The notes beneath the pieces are model-generated. The model was not told the origin of the DNA and searched no databases. It saw only the letters and a program-made list of their open reading frames with translations. Both the position numbers and the translations under genes were made by a program. This document shows, piece after piece, positions 1-9,890 of a DNA stretch of 38,781 nucleotides (within the stretch, counting starts at the first letter, position 1; the number at the start of each line of letters is the position of its first letter). This DNA is from Polyangiales bacterium (lineage in GTDB: Bacteria; Myxococcota_A; Polyangia; Polyangiales; Houyiibacteriaceae): positions 1 to 38,781 of the forward strand of contig JBGCFM010000075.1 of the NCBI GenBank assembly GCA_045106895.1. The letters run 5' to 3'.

Positions 1-76
1 GCGTCGCGGGAGCTTCCGGCGTCGCGGGAGCTTCCGGCGTCGCGGGAGCTTCCGGCGTCGCGGGAGCTTCCGGCGT
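1..76. repeat. 18-bp perfect tandem repeat (GCGTCGCGGGAGCTTCCG, at least 4 copies) encoding PEAPAT on the minus strand
   Basis: Identical units at 1-18, 19-36, 37-54 and 55-72 plus a partial copy; no spacers; unit length is a multiple of 3. Confidence 0.95.
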
Positions 77-148
77 TGGAGCGGGCGGCTGGGCTCGTGA
101 AACCGCGGGCACGAGCAACAACAGAAGGAGTGAAAGCAAGGAGCGCAT
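1..148 (-). CDS. Secreted protein, N-terminal part only (runs off the left edge); signal peptide followed by a PEAPAT-repeat linker
   Basis: Manual translation from ATG at 148: MRSLLSLLLLLLVPAVSRAQPPAPTPEAPATPEAPAT...; hydrophobic signal peptide with a likely SRA|Q cleavage; not in the supplied ORF track. Confidence 0.8.
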   Translation of the reverse strand, partial: MRSLLSLLLLLLVPAVSRAQPPAPTPEAPATPEAPATPEAPATPEAPAT

Positions 149-266
149 CGGGCGAGACCATACGCCTTCACGCCAATTTCGTCACCCTTCCACCCAAGCT
201 CACCGACAGACCCCTGCGACGCTCAGCGATGGCGCTGACGGGTAGCAAGGTGGTATCCACCCTTCT

Positions 267-1985
267 ATGGCTCGCTTGCTCCTTTCAGTCCTTTTTTTCG
301 CTGCGCTCATGGCGTGCGACGACGAAGGGCGCGTCGTTCCTTTTGGCCAAGAATCGCCCGATGAGGAGCCCGAGGGCGAGGACCCCCCAGACGAGGCAGA
401 AGCCACCGCCCTGACCCACGCCTTGGGTGGTGAGACGAGCGTCGAACTCGAAGGAGCGACCTTTAGCGCGGAGGGAGCGCAGCTTCACACGCTCTACGCC
501 GATGACGTGGACGGCGATGGGGACCGCGACGCCTTGGTACTCGGCACTCGATTTGTCGAACCGGCGACAGAGCTGCTCTTGATTTTTGGCCGGCGCGAAG
601 GCTCACACATCGTGACACGTGTTCTCGCCACGCAGCGCATTCCAAACTGTGAAGCCAGCGGCGTTGAAGCGTCTTTTCGCGAAGCGGACGATCTTGAGCG
701 AGTCGCGTCCGCCTCGGTTCAATGCGGCGAAGAAGCCGTCGAGGTACGTTTTGTCGTGAAGGTCGAATCGACCCCGCGTGTGCGTGAGCGGCTCGCCGTC
801 CGTGGTGGGCAGATCGCGCTTTCATTCCCTGACATCGACGAAGACGAACACCTCGACCTTCGTGCACAGCTCACGCTCTTCGGCCGCTCCACCACCTTCG
901 AGTGGCTTGACCGAGCCGGCGGTCTTGCACGCGTTGAGGGCGAACCTGAAGCGACGCTCTCTGCGATTCGCGGACAATCGAACGCTCACGAACTCGCTCG
1001 GGCTCTGTGCGGGCCAGACGCCAGCGTGTCCGTCGGTGGCCGCTGGGGGTTTGAATGTCCCGATGCATCCACCCAGGGGATTCGCCTCGATGCAGCCCTC
1101 GCGCGAGCCGGCGAAGACTTGCCGCGGGCGCTCCACGAGCTCGCCTCTTTCAGCGCCGAGGACCGCGCCGAGTTCTTTGAACGACTTGAGCTTCCCGAAA
1201 TCTCGTGGCGACGCCTCGAACACGTCCTCCCACGAACAGCGGCCACGCGCCACGCCGCGCTGAGCTTCGTCGATGCCCGCACACTCCTCGATCACACCAC
1301 GAACATGACGATTCCTTTGGTCGATGTACCTGCGAGTCCGCTCATGGGCGCAGCCCCGGTGCGAGCGCCAGGAAGCGAAGAGGCGGGTGTGCGCTCCGTC
1401 AGCGCTCGGGGATCCACGCACGAGATCAACATTGGCGGCACCAACCCTTTCCATTCGCCAACCCAACGTGTGCTCAGCCTTCCCACGCCTCCTTCGTCCG
1501 AGTGGCTCGTCCTGGGATGGGCCCCCCAAGGGCTCTTGCTCTTCGACGGCGTAGAGCGTTTTCTCGCGACGGTGACAGAGAGTGGCGAGGTCCCGAGCGC
1601 AGGGCGTCGTGTCGATTCCCTCACCCTTCGCGCCGTCGGGCCCGGGGACCTGCTCCCAGCACCTTTCTCCGGGGCACGAAGTGACGCCTCCGGCGATGTC
1701 TGGGTCGCCGAGACACCATATGGGGTGCTTTTCGGCAGTGGCGACGAGGTCACATTGTGGCGTCCGGAGGGCTGGGACGACGAGATTGAGTGTCTCGCCT
1801 TGGCTCTGGGTCCCTCGGCTCACCGTGTCGCCGTGGCGCGAGAAGACGGTATTTTCTTGATGGGCACAGGCATCGGTCACGCCGGTTCGAGCGCCACGGG
1901 CATGCCTCAAGCGCCGGCTGGCGCCCCGAATCCGGCGGCTGCCGCGCCGCCCCCCGAAACCGCCGGGGATTTGCAGGTGCCTTAG
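267..1985 (+). CDS. Hypothetical lipoprotein with DxDxDG/FG-GAP-like Ca-binding loops
   Basis: 572-aa ORF; signal peptide ending LMAC; acidic linker; DVDGDGDRD and DIDEDEHLD motifs; Pro/Ala-rich tail. Confidence 0.7.
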   Translation: MARLLLSVLFFAALMACDDEGRVVPFGQESPDEEPEGEDPPDEAEATALTHALGGETSVELEGATFSAEGAQLHTLYADDVDGDGDRDALVLGTRFVEPATELLLIFGRREGSHIVTRVLATQRIPNCEASGVEASFREADDLERVASASVQCGEEAVEVRFVVKVESTPRVRERLAVRGGQIALSFPDIDEDEHLDLRAQLTLFGRSTTFEWLDRAGGLARVEGEPEATLSAIRGQSNAHELARALCGPDASVSVGGRWGFECPDASTQGIRLDAALARAGEDLPRALHELASFSAEDRAEFFERLELPEISWRRLEHVLPRTAATRHAALSFVDARTLLDHTTNMTIPLVDVPASPLMGAAPVRAPGSEEAGVRSVSARGSTHEINIGGTNPFHSPTQRVLSLPTPPSSEWLVLGWAPQGLLLFDGVERFLATVTESGEVPSAGRRVDSLTLRAVGPGDLLPAPFSGARSDASGDVWVAETPYGVLFGSGDEVTLWRPEGWDDEIECLALALGPSAHRVAVAREDGIFLMGTGIGHAGSSATGMPQAPAGAPNPAAAAPPPETAGDLQVP

Positions 1986-2006
1986 CGGGCTGCTACGTCT
2001 CGCTTA

Positions 2007-3308
2007 ATGGCCGCGAAGCTACTTAGCCGCGCCATGTCGGGTGTCCTCCTATTTGCTGGCGTCATCGGACTGGCCGCATGCGGGGCGCAACAATCACCCC
2101 CCTCGAATCCGTGTATGTCGGATCGCGAGTGCCGTGCTGATCGCATCTGCCACGAGGGCGTCTGCCGCTTCTTCGAAGACGTGGCCGCCGAACGCGCAGC
2201 CACGCAGACCCGAAGCGTTGAGCCGGCGGAAACGAACGAAGCGGAACCAACAAACACCGAGACGCCTGTGACGGCCGAAGTCGCTGCGGTCCTGCCTATG
2301 TTCATGGGTGGGCCAACGCACGATGGTCAGTCTGTTCACGCGGGCCCCTCCGCCGCACCGAGCGCCGCTTGGGTTCATCGAACGCGCGCGCGTGTCTTCG
2401 CGTCACCCATCGTCGACGCGGACGGAAACATCTACATCGGCTCCCTCGACAAGAGCTTCGTGTCCCTCTCGCCGAGCGGCGCACTACGCTGGCGCTACGT
2501 CGCTGAGGACAAGATTTACGCGTCCGCGGCTCTCGGTCCACAAGGGCAGATATACATCGGGGGCATGGACGGTCGGCTAACGAGCCTGCGCCCCGATGGC
2601 ACCGTCGAATGGCACCTCGACCTCCAAGGCGAAGTCGACGCAAGCCCGACCGTAGCTGAAGACGGAACCATCTACGTAGCTGGCCGAGGCCTCTTCGCCA
2701 TCGACCCACAAGGCTCAGTGCGATGGCACGTTCCCGCGGCGGGCCACCTCCGAAGCTCACCGACGCTTCACCCGAACGGCAACGTCATCGTCGGCACACC
2801 CGATGGTCACGTCATGGCTGTGTCCACGGCGGGCCAAATCGTCTGGCGCACCCTCGCCGGCGCGAGCATCGACGGCGCCTGCAGCGTTGGTGGAGACGGG
2901 ACAATCTATGTGGGAACCGACCTTGGTCACGTTCTCGCACTCGACCCAGCCGGAACCATCCGCTGGCGTTTTGAAACCGGGGACGACGTTCGCGCCACCC
3001 CAGCCATCGCAGCCGACGGGACCGTCGTGGTGGGGTCTTACGACCGACACCTCTATGCCCTCGCCTCCGACGGAACCCTCCGGTGGCGTGTTGCCACCTC
3101 CGGTCGCATTCGTGCTTCCGCTCGCATCGATACCGAAGGCCGCATCTACGTCGGTTCCCAGGACGATTTTCTCTACGCCATCTCGCCGGGAGGCGAGGTT
3201 TTGTGGCGTCACAACATCGGACAAGATGTTGATTCAACGGTTGCGCTTGCCGCCGATGGTACCCTCTATGTGGGTGCCGACGATCACGGCCTGCACGCAC
3301 TTCGCTGA
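2007..3308 (+). CDS. PQQ-like (BamB-type) beta-propeller repeat lipoprotein with an N-terminal Cys-rich module
   Basis: LAAC lipobox; CMSDRECRADRICHEGVC; repeated SP...DG.IYVGS.D..L.A..P.G...W units; start could be 2034. Confidence 0.85.
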   Translation: MAAKLLSRAMSGVLLFAGVIGLAACGAQQSPPSNPCMSDRECRADRICHEGVCRFFEDVAAERAATQTRSVEPAETNEAEPTNTETPVTAEVAAVLPMFMGGPTHDGQSVHAGPSAAPSAAWVHRTRARVFASPIVDADGNIYIGSLDKSFVSLSPSGALRWRYVAEDKIYASAALGPQGQIYIGGMDGRLTSLRPDGTVEWHLDLQGEVDASPTVAEDGTIYVAGRGLFAIDPQGSVRWHVPAAGHLRSSPTLHPNGNVIVGTPDGHVMAVSTAGQIVWRTLAGASIDGACSVGGDGTIYVGTDLGHVLALDPAGTIRWRFETGDDVRATPAIAADGTVVVGSYDRHLYALASDGTLRWRVATSGRIRASARIDTEGRIYVGSQDDFLYAISPGGEVLWRHNIGQDVDSTVALAADGTLYVGADDHGLHALR

Positions 3309-3337
3309 CTCGATCTCGCGTCCACTCGAAAGACAAA

Positions 3338-5815
3338 ATGACTAGTATTAAACGTGGAGCCGTTCTTGCGGCCCTCCGTGAAAAGGCGCCTCGCGCCCTT
3401 CACCTCGCCGAGCTTTGCACTCGGCTCCAAATCAGTAAAAAGCGCATGGACGAAGTAGCTGCGGTCCTCGACCAGCTCGTTGGCTCCAGCGACGTGACCG
3501 AGATGCCTGGGCGTCGCTACCGCATCAAACCCGCTAAGACACGCCAGGCCGCCAGGAGCTCACGCAGAGAGCGCCCCTCGAGGGACCCCCGTAGAGACGA
3601 GCCCATCATGTACGCGGCGACGACCGTCGAACGTGGTCACCTGCAGCGAAACCCTCGCGGGTTTGGCTTTGTGTCTCCCGAGAGTCGCACCGAAGACATC
3701 TTCATTCCACCAGACTCGATGGGCGCCGCGATGCATGGCGACCGTGTCGAGATTCTAGCCCGCCCTTCAAAGAAGGGCCGCGAGGGCCGCGTGGTCGCCG
3801 TCCTCGAACGCGGCTCGAAGCGATTCAGCGCGACGCTTCGACGTGAAGGAAACGCTGTTTGGCTTGAGCCAGATGATGTTCGCTTGCCGAACGAAGTCGA
3901 GGTCAGCGGAGAGGTCAGCGAAAAGTCCGACCTCGCCGTCGTCGCAGAGTTCGTGCGTTTTCCCCAGTCCGACACGGACATCGCTTCTGCGAAGGTTGTG
4001 GATGTTCTGGGCGTCCAGGGCATGACCGCCGTCGAAGTCGCGAAGATCAAAATCCGCGAAGGTGTGGTTGAGGAGTTTGGCGTCGCCGCCACCGCCGAGG
4101 CCAACCTCATGCCCGACGTTATTCCGGAATCGGACTTTGATGGTCGCGTAGATCTTCGACATGTCGACCTCACGACCATCGACCCATCCGACGCGCGTGA
4201 CCACGATGACGCGCTCTGGTGTGAAGAGACCGACTCGGGCTTCCGGCTCTACGTGGCCATCGCTGACGTCAGCCACTATGTCCGCGAGGGCACGGCCATC
4301 GATCAAGAAGCGATCTCGCGAATGACGAGCATCTACTTGCCCGACCGCGCGATTCCGATGCTCCCGGAGAAGATCAGCTCCGGCCTCGCGTCCCTCGTCC
4401 CCGACGAGGACCGCCTGTGTATGGCCGTCGAAATCGAACTCGGTCCGAACGGCGCGGTTCGTCGTTACCGCCTGATGGAAGGCGTCATGCGTTCACGCGC
4501 GCGCCTGACGTACGAAGGCGTCGCGCAAGCCCTCGGCCTTACAAAGGATGGCCCCGTCGAGCCGGAAGCAGACAAACGTGTCGACGGCCTCACGGCCCTG
4601 TACGAGCTAAGCCGCGTTCTTCGACGACGACGCCTCCGCCGCGGCGCCCTCGACTTCGATCTGCCTGAGCCTCGCATTGTTCTCGACGCCCACAACGTTG
4701 AACCCATCGATGTACGCCGGAGCCGCAAGGACCCTGGGGTTCGCGAGGCTTACCGCATCGTCGAAGAGATGATGCTCCTCGCCAACGAGACCGTCGCCGC
4801 GGACGTAAAGTCCAAGGAGGTCCCGTGCATCCATCGCATTCACGGCTCCCCCGACGACAAGAAGATCGAGAAGTTCGCCAAGCTCGCTCAAGCCCTCGGC
4901 TACGACATCAATGCCGAGGATGCCCGCGACCCGAAGAAGCTCTCTAAGTTCCTCGGAACCATCGACGGCACAGAGCAAGCCCCTGTGCTTCGCTACTTGC
5001 TCCTTCGTTCGATGCAGCAGGCCTCCTACGACATCGATGAAGTAACCGGGCACTTTGGCCTCGCGGCGAAAGACTACCTGCACTTCACCTCGCCGATTCG
5101 GCGCTATCCAGACCTCTCGGTGCATCGCATCGTAAAGAGTGTCCTACGCAAGGAGCACATCGACGCGGCGACGCTCGTTCCTCGACTGACGCGCTTCAGC
5201 GCCGACGCAAGCCGGCTCGAGCGGCGCGCGATCACCGTGGAGCGTCACGTTATCGACCTGTACCGCGCAATTCTCATGCGCGACCGCATGGGCGAGGAGT
5301 TCGACGCGGCCGTTTCTTCCGTCGACCCCGGCGGAATCTACGTTCGATTCGATGAGCCCTTCGTCGAGGCTTTCATTCCCATCGAACGTCTCGACGACGA
5401 CTACTACGAGCTCGGCGACCTTGGAATTCGCCTTATCGGAACGCGAACCGGCACGACCTTCGCGTTGGGCGACAAGATCCGCGTGCGACTCGAAGACATC
5501 AACATCTCCAGACGCCAACTGCTTGCGGTCCCCACGACCTTTGGGCCGCCACGCCAGCGACCCGTGGGGCGAACCGGTCAGCGGTCCGGTGAGCGGCCAA
5601 AGCGCAGCGACAAACGCGGGAGCAAGCGTGACGACAAACGCGGGAGCAAGCGTGACGAGCGCGATGACAAACGCGGCAAAAAGAAAGACAAGGAGCGCAG
5701 CAAGCGCACCCGCTCTGGAAACACCTCCCATGCCGCGCCACGCTCGAAGGACGGGAAACCCAAGCGGACGCGGAAGCCGAAGAAGGCTGGCGCGAGCAAG
5801 AAGAAGAAGCGTTAG
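3338..5815 (+). CDS. rnr: Ribonuclease R
   Basis: Cold-shock domain GFGFV...AMHGDRV; RNB catalytic IDPSDARDHDDA; HFTSPIRRYPD; S1 domain; Lys/Arg-rich C-terminal tail. Confidence 0.95.
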   Translation: MTSIKRGAVLAALREKAPRALHLAELCTRLQISKKRMDEVAAVLDQLVGSSDVTEMPGRRYRIKPAKTRQAARSSRRERPSRDPRRDEPIMYAATTVERGHLQRNPRGFGFVSPESRTEDIFIPPDSMGAAMHGDRVEILARPSKKGREGRVVAVLERGSKRFSATLRREGNAVWLEPDDVRLPNEVEVSGEVSEKSDLAVVAEFVRFPQSDTDIASAKVVDVLGVQGMTAVEVAKIKIREGVVEEFGVAATAEANLMPDVIPESDFDGRVDLRHVDLTTIDPSDARDHDDALWCEETDSGFRLYVAIADVSHYVREGTAIDQEAISRMTSIYLPDRAIPMLPEKISSGLASLVPDEDRLCMAVEIELGPNGAVRRYRLMEGVMRSRARLTYEGVAQALGLTKDGPVEPEADKRVDGLTALYELSRVLRRRRLRRGALDFDLPEPRIVLDAHNVEPIDVRRSRKDPGVREAYRIVEEMMLLANETVAADVKSKEVPCIHRIHGSPDDKKIEKFAKLAQALGYDINAEDARDPKKLSKFLGTIDGTEQAPVLRYLLLRSMQQASYDIDEVTGHFGLAAKDYLHFTSPIRRYPDLSVHRIVKSVLRKEHIDAATLVPRLTRFSADASRLERRAITVERHVIDLYRAILMRDRMGEEFDAAVSSVDPGGIYVRFDEPFVEAFIPIERLDDDYYELGDLGIRLIGTRTGTTFALGDKIRVRLEDINISRRQLLAVPTTFGPPRQRPVGRTGQRSGERPKRSDKRGSKRDDKRGSKRDERDDKRGKKKDKERSKRTRSGNTSHAAPRSKDGKPKRTRKPKKAGASKKKKR
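5609..5656 (+). repeat. 24-bp direct repeat x2 encoding DKRGSKRD in the RNase R basic tail
   Basis: GACAAACGCGGGAGCAAGCGTGAC at 5609-5632 and 5633-5656; partial third copy at 5666-5676. Confidence 0.9.
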
Positions 5816-5821
5816 TTTTCA

Positions 5822-5858
5822 CACCGAGTTCGGCGCGCCTCCGCGGACGAACTCGGTG
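5822..5858. terminator. Hairpin between convergent rnr and HMG-CoA synthase genes (possible bidirectional terminator)
   Basis: 11-bp perfect inverted repeat CACCGAGTTCG / CGAACTCGGTG; no strong U-tract. Confidence 0.55.
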
Positions 5859-5868
5859 GATGGCTCGC

Positions 5869-6945
5869 TCAGGCCGCGAGGCTCTTTCGCCAGGTGTCGT
5901 AGGCGCTGGCGTTGAGCTCTTCGCGTGCTGCAAAGTCAGCCTCGAGTCCCGCGTGCCAGTGCGCCTCGGCGCCCGTCGCGCGGAGCTGCAGGAACTCCGA
6001 GCCGAAACCAGACCCGTAGGAGTAGGCGCCGATACGTGCATCGACGGAGGCGTCACGGAGAACATCCGACACGGCAATCCACAAACTCGCCGTGTAGCTG
6101 TTCCCGATACGTCGGTTGTATCGCATCGAAGGCAGGACCTTCGACTCGTAAAGGGCGGCGGCCTTAGCTTCATCCCAGTTCGCCTCCGCGGCGATGTGTC
6201 GGACTGCTTTCTGGACCATCTTCGGAAACGGGGTGTGAAAGCAGAGAGACTCGAGCGCGTCCACGCCCGCGAGGTCGTCGCCGAGGCACGCACGCATGGT
6301 TTCCCACGCTCCACGCTTGTAGCAGTCGAGGCTCAAGGGGCCGTCTACGCGCGGATGGGCTTCGCCGACGGGTCGCCAGAAGTCGAACGCTGGCTCGGAC
6401 CAAGCGGCACTCACCAAGTCGACTTCAGCGACGTCCGGCGCGCCAACCACCATCGCGATGGCGCCAGCCCCTTGCGTGGCTTCGCCTGGGTCCGCCTGAG
6501 CGTAGAGAGAAACGTCCGTCGCGATGACCAGGGCGGAGCGCCCCTTTGCAGCGCCGCTTGCGTGCCACTCCAAAGCCTGTCGCAGGGCCAAGGTTCCACC
6601 GTAGCAAGCGTGTTTGACCTCGTAGCTGCGCATCGCGCCTTGAAGCTTCAAGCGCTCCGCGATGAACGCCGAGAGAGGCCGCGACATATCCTTCGCCGTT
6701 TCCGTTCCGGCAACCAGAAGTCCGATGTCCGACATGTCTCCGCCCCAAGCGCTCAGCGCGCGCGTGGCCGCTCCCGCTCCGAGGCTGACGGCATCTTCGC
6801 CTTCTCCGCAGACGGCGAACTGATGGCAGCCGAGGCCCTTCGTGTACTTGTTCGGGTCGATGCCGCGCAGTGCTGCGACCTCGCGAACATCAACGAAGCG
6901 AGAAGGAACCTTGATGCCAATAGATGTAATTCCGGATGTAGTCAT
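5869..6945 (-). CDS. mvaS: Hydroxymethylglutaryl-CoA synthase family protein
   Basis: GTET (catalytic Glu), EVKHACYGGT (catalytic Cys), FHTPF (His), GNSYTAS and YSYGSG motifs. Confidence 0.85.
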   Translation of the reverse strand: MTTSGITSIGIKVPSRFVDVREVAALRGIDPNKYTKGLGCHQFAVCGEGEDAVSLGAGAATRALSAWGGDMSDIGLLVAGTETAKDMSRPLSAFIAERLKLQGAMRSYEVKHACYGGTLALRQALEWHASGAAKGRSALVIATDVSLYAQADPGEATQGAGAIAMVVGAPDVAEVDLVSAAWSEPAFDFWRPVGEAHPRVDGPLSLDCYKRGAWETMRACLGDDLAGVDALESLCFHTPFPKMVQKAVRHIAAEANWDEAKAAALYESKVLPSMRYNRRIGNSYTASLWIAVSDVLRDASVDARIGAYSYGSGFGSEFLQLRATGAEAHWHAGLEADFAAREELNASAYDTWRKSLAA

Positions 6946-7153
6946 GCGCGGAACCTAGGCGGCGGCGATCCCGTCACCAGAACTTCAGAGCGAAACGTGT
7001 GCTGATCGCGGGAGGCGTCGTGGCGGCGGGGTGAACCGCGTTTCAGTTTTCAGTCCGTTTGATATGTGAACTACCGTCACATCGCCCTTCCCGTAGAACG
7101 AAACACGCGCAAGGGCTGCACAATATGGAGTGCACCCTGTATGCTCCGCGCCG

Positions 7154-8518
7154 ATGGCTACTCGTACCAAATCGACAAAACGCAGCACACGTACTCCCAA
7201 GGTATCGCCTCTTTCGGCGCCGGAGCTCATCGCGAAAAAGCGCGACGGTCTCGCGCTCAGCGAGCTCGAGGTTCAAGACTGGATTCAGCGCTACGTGAGT
7301 GGCGAGGTCACGGACTACCAAATGGCGTCGATGGCGATGGCTATCTACTTCCAAGGCATGACGCCCAAGGAGACAGCGGCCCTGACGTTAGCGATGCGCG
7401 ACAGTGGTGAGGTCTTGGACCTGAGCGGCGTCCATGGAATCAAGGTCGACAAACACTCCACCGGCGGAGTGGGCGACAAAGTCAGCCTCTGCTTGGCCCC
7501 CCTCGTCGCAGCCTGCGGAGTTCCTGTCCCGATGATCGCGGGACGCGGACTCGGACACACGGGCGGAACCGTCGACAAACTGGAAGCGATCCCTGGCTTC
7601 CGCACGGACCTGACGACGAAGAAGTTCATCTCTTTGATCGCCAAGAACGGTACCGCCATTTTTGGTCAGACCGGACAGCTCGCACCCGCTGACAAGCAGC
7701 TCTACGCCCTCCGTGATGTCACAGCGACGGTGGAGTCGATTCCACTCATCACCGGCAGCATTCTGAGCAAGAAGCTCGCCGAAGGCATCGACGCCCTCGT
7801 GATGGATATCAAAGTCGGTCGCGGGGCGTTCATGAAGACGGAGGCGCAGGCACGGGATTTGGCGAAGTCCATCATGCGCGTCGGCAAGCTGGCTGGGAAG
7901 AAGGTCTCGGTGCTGCTCACACGAATGGACGCACCTCTCGGCCGCGCTATCGGCAACGCCAACGAAACCCGCGAGGCCTTCGAAGTTCTCCACGGCGAAG
8001 GGCCCGAAGACCTCGTCGAATGTACATTGGCACTCGGCGCCGAGATGCTCCGCCTCGGCGGCATCGTCAAGAGTGAGTCCCAGGGCCGTCGGCGCCTTCA
8101 AGCTGCCATCGACGATGGAAGCGCCGTGGCCATGATGGAGAAGGTCGTCAAAGCGCAAAAGGGAGACGCCCGCGTCGTTCGCGACCCGTCCTTGCTCACC
8201 GTCGCTTCAAAGCGCGTGAAGGTGAAAGCCAAGAAGACCGGCTACGTTAGCGACATCAACGCACTTGAACTCGGCCTCAGCGCCGTCGCCCTCGGTGCAG
8301 GTCGAACACGCACAGACCAGGCCGTCGACCACGCCGTGGGCATTATGATCGACGCCAAGCCAGGCGCTCGCGTGAAGAAGGGCGACACCCTCGCGACGAT
8401 TCAAGTCCACGATATCAAGAGCGGCAACGCGGTTCGCGAGCGAATCGGCAACGCATTCTCACTTTCGGCGCGTGCGCCCAAAGAAGAGCCACTCGTTATC
8501 GCGACGCTCCGTCGATAG
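7154..8518 (+). CDS. deoA: Thymidine / pyrimidine-nucleoside phosphorylase
   Basis: KKRDG, VDKHSTGGVGDK, GRGLGHTGGTVDKLE, APADKQLYALRDVTATV and SILSKK motifs; start placed at ATG 7154 (track gives 7130). Confidence 0.93.
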   Translation: MATRTKSTKRSTRTPKVSPLSAPELIAKKRDGLALSELEVQDWIQRYVSGEVTDYQMASMAMAIYFQGMTPKETAALTLAMRDSGEVLDLSGVHGIKVDKHSTGGVGDKVSLCLAPLVAACGVPVPMIAGRGLGHTGGTVDKLEAIPGFRTDLTTKKFISLIAKNGTAIFGQTGQLAPADKQLYALRDVTATVESIPLITGSILSKKLAEGIDALVMDIKVGRGAFMKTEAQARDLAKSIMRVGKLAGKKVSVLLTRMDAPLGRAIGNANETREAFEVLHGEGPEDLVECTLALGAEMLRLGGIVKSESQGRRRLQAAIDDGSAVAMMEKVVKAQKGDARVVRDPSLLTVASKRVKVKAKKTGYVSDINALELGLSAVALGAGRTRTDQAVDHAVGIMIDAKPGARVKKGDTLATIQVHDIKSGNAVRERIGNAFSLSARAPKEEPLVIATLRR

Positions 8519-9890
8519 GCGGATTCATACCGCGACGAAGCGCCGCCTCCGGCGCTTCGTCGTCGAAGCGAACTCCACCCTCGTCGAGGGCCACTCCGAG
8601 TGATTCGAGCAGTGGCGTTAGATCAGGGATCTCCGTGAGAGTGGCGTAGCGCTCCGCCAGCGGCATCGCGATGGGCGCGCCGACAATGGCATCAATGGCG
8701 GCGAGGCAACGATAGCCATCCCAACGTTCACCTTCGCTCCACGGCGCAGAACCGATGACTTCAAAGAGCGACAAGCCGCGTCGCCTCAGAGCGATATCGA
8801 TCTCCAAGAAGAGAGCAGCTCCTGCCCAATACACGTGGGCGTACGTTCGCGTCCGGCTCATGATGTCAGACTCCGCCGCAAGCGGCAGACCTGCACCAAC
8901 ACGCTCGCTACGTAGCTTGGAAACGATCCGTCGCCACACGACCTCGGGCGTCAACAGGCCAGACCGCAGACGTAGAAACTCCTGCATGTATGTCGCGTAG
9001 CCTTCGCTGATCCAACGGTCCCCGGACAGTCGCGGCATCGTGAGGTGGCTGAGTTCATGGACCAACACCCACGCTTGGGAGAGCTCTTCCTCACTGGCGT
9101 TCGCCGTGGGGAAAAGCAGGATCGATGCACCACCACCTCGGCGCACCAGGCCAAACATGATCGCGCTTTCGCCTCTCCCCGCGGGCACCACGACCAGATG
9201 AATCGCTTCACGTGGAAACGCGCCACCCATCGGACGCACAGCTTCGACGGCGGAGAGTAGCCATCGGTCCACCGCTGCGGCATCTACACTCATCGGACCA
9301 TCGAGCTGCGCGACCTTCAGTGTCAGTCCATCGAGCGTGAGCACTCTTGGTGGCGACCGGGTGATCGCGACGTTTCCCGCAAATCGCACAGCGCTCCGCG
9401 GTACCTCGTCTCCATCCCAAGGAACGGAAACGTGACGGCCGTCCGCGGCGAAACTCATGATCATCGTTGTGTCCCTGCTCGGCGCCCACAGCAGGAGCCC
9501 CAACGTGACCACCGCCTCGCCGCCTGAGCGAATCATCGCTTGCCGCGCCCCCCCACCCACGAGGTCGACGGAGTAGTCGATGCACTCGCCCTCAAGAACG
9601 CCGTCCAAAGATAGTGCCGTCCGTTCCAAGCGCAGCGGCCCGCGCTCGCTTCGGGGATTCCGCAAGATCGCCTCCGCCCCTGCTCCGACCCTCACCAGGC
9701 GCGGGGGCACGACCCCCTCAAAACACACCTCTACTTCCGCGTTTTCACTCGTGGAATCAAAGGAGACCTGATAGCGAGCGACGGAATCGAAGCGGCGACT
9801 GTCGACGGGCCTTGGACCCCTTACGCCGCACCCATGGCAGATGAGGCACAAAAGGACGACGATCGAAGGCGAATGTGCGCAATAAGCCAT
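8496..9890 (-). CDS. Putative exported gluzincin metallopeptidase (M1/M61-like)
   Basis: VLVHELSH followed by WISEGYATY (HExxH plus third-ligand Glu); YWAGA motif; hydrophobic Cys-containing N-terminus; start uncertain. Confidence 0.7.
   Translation of the reverse strand: MAYCAHSPSIVVLLCLICHGCGVRGPRPVDSRRFDSVARYQVSFDSTSENAEVEVCFEGVVPPRLVRVGAGAEAILRNPRSERGPLRLERTALSLDGVLEGECIDYSVDLVGGGARQAMIRSGGEAVVTLGLLLWAPSRDTTMIMSFAADGRHVSVPWDGDEVPRSAVRFAGNVAITRSPPRVLTLDGLTLKVAQLDGPMSVDAAAVDRWLLSAVEAVRPMGGAFPREAIHLVVVPAGRGESAIMFGLVRRGGGASILLFPTANASEEELSQAWVLVHELSHLTMPRLSGDRWISEGYATYMQEFLRLRSGLLTPEVVWRRIVSKLRSERVGAGLPLAAESDIMSRTRTYAHVYWAGAALFLEIDIALRRRGLSLFEVIGSAPWSEGERWDGYRCLAAIDAIVGAPIAMPLAERYATLTEIPDLTPLLESLGVALDEGGVRFDDEAPEAALRRGMNPPIDGASR

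Noticed and set aside
1..76. Possible CRISPR array
   Set aside because: Units are contiguous with no spacers, encode PEAPAT in frame, and no cas genes are present
5860..7005. 381-aa plus-strand ORF
   Set aside because: Antisense to the well-supported HMG-CoA synthase; no motifs
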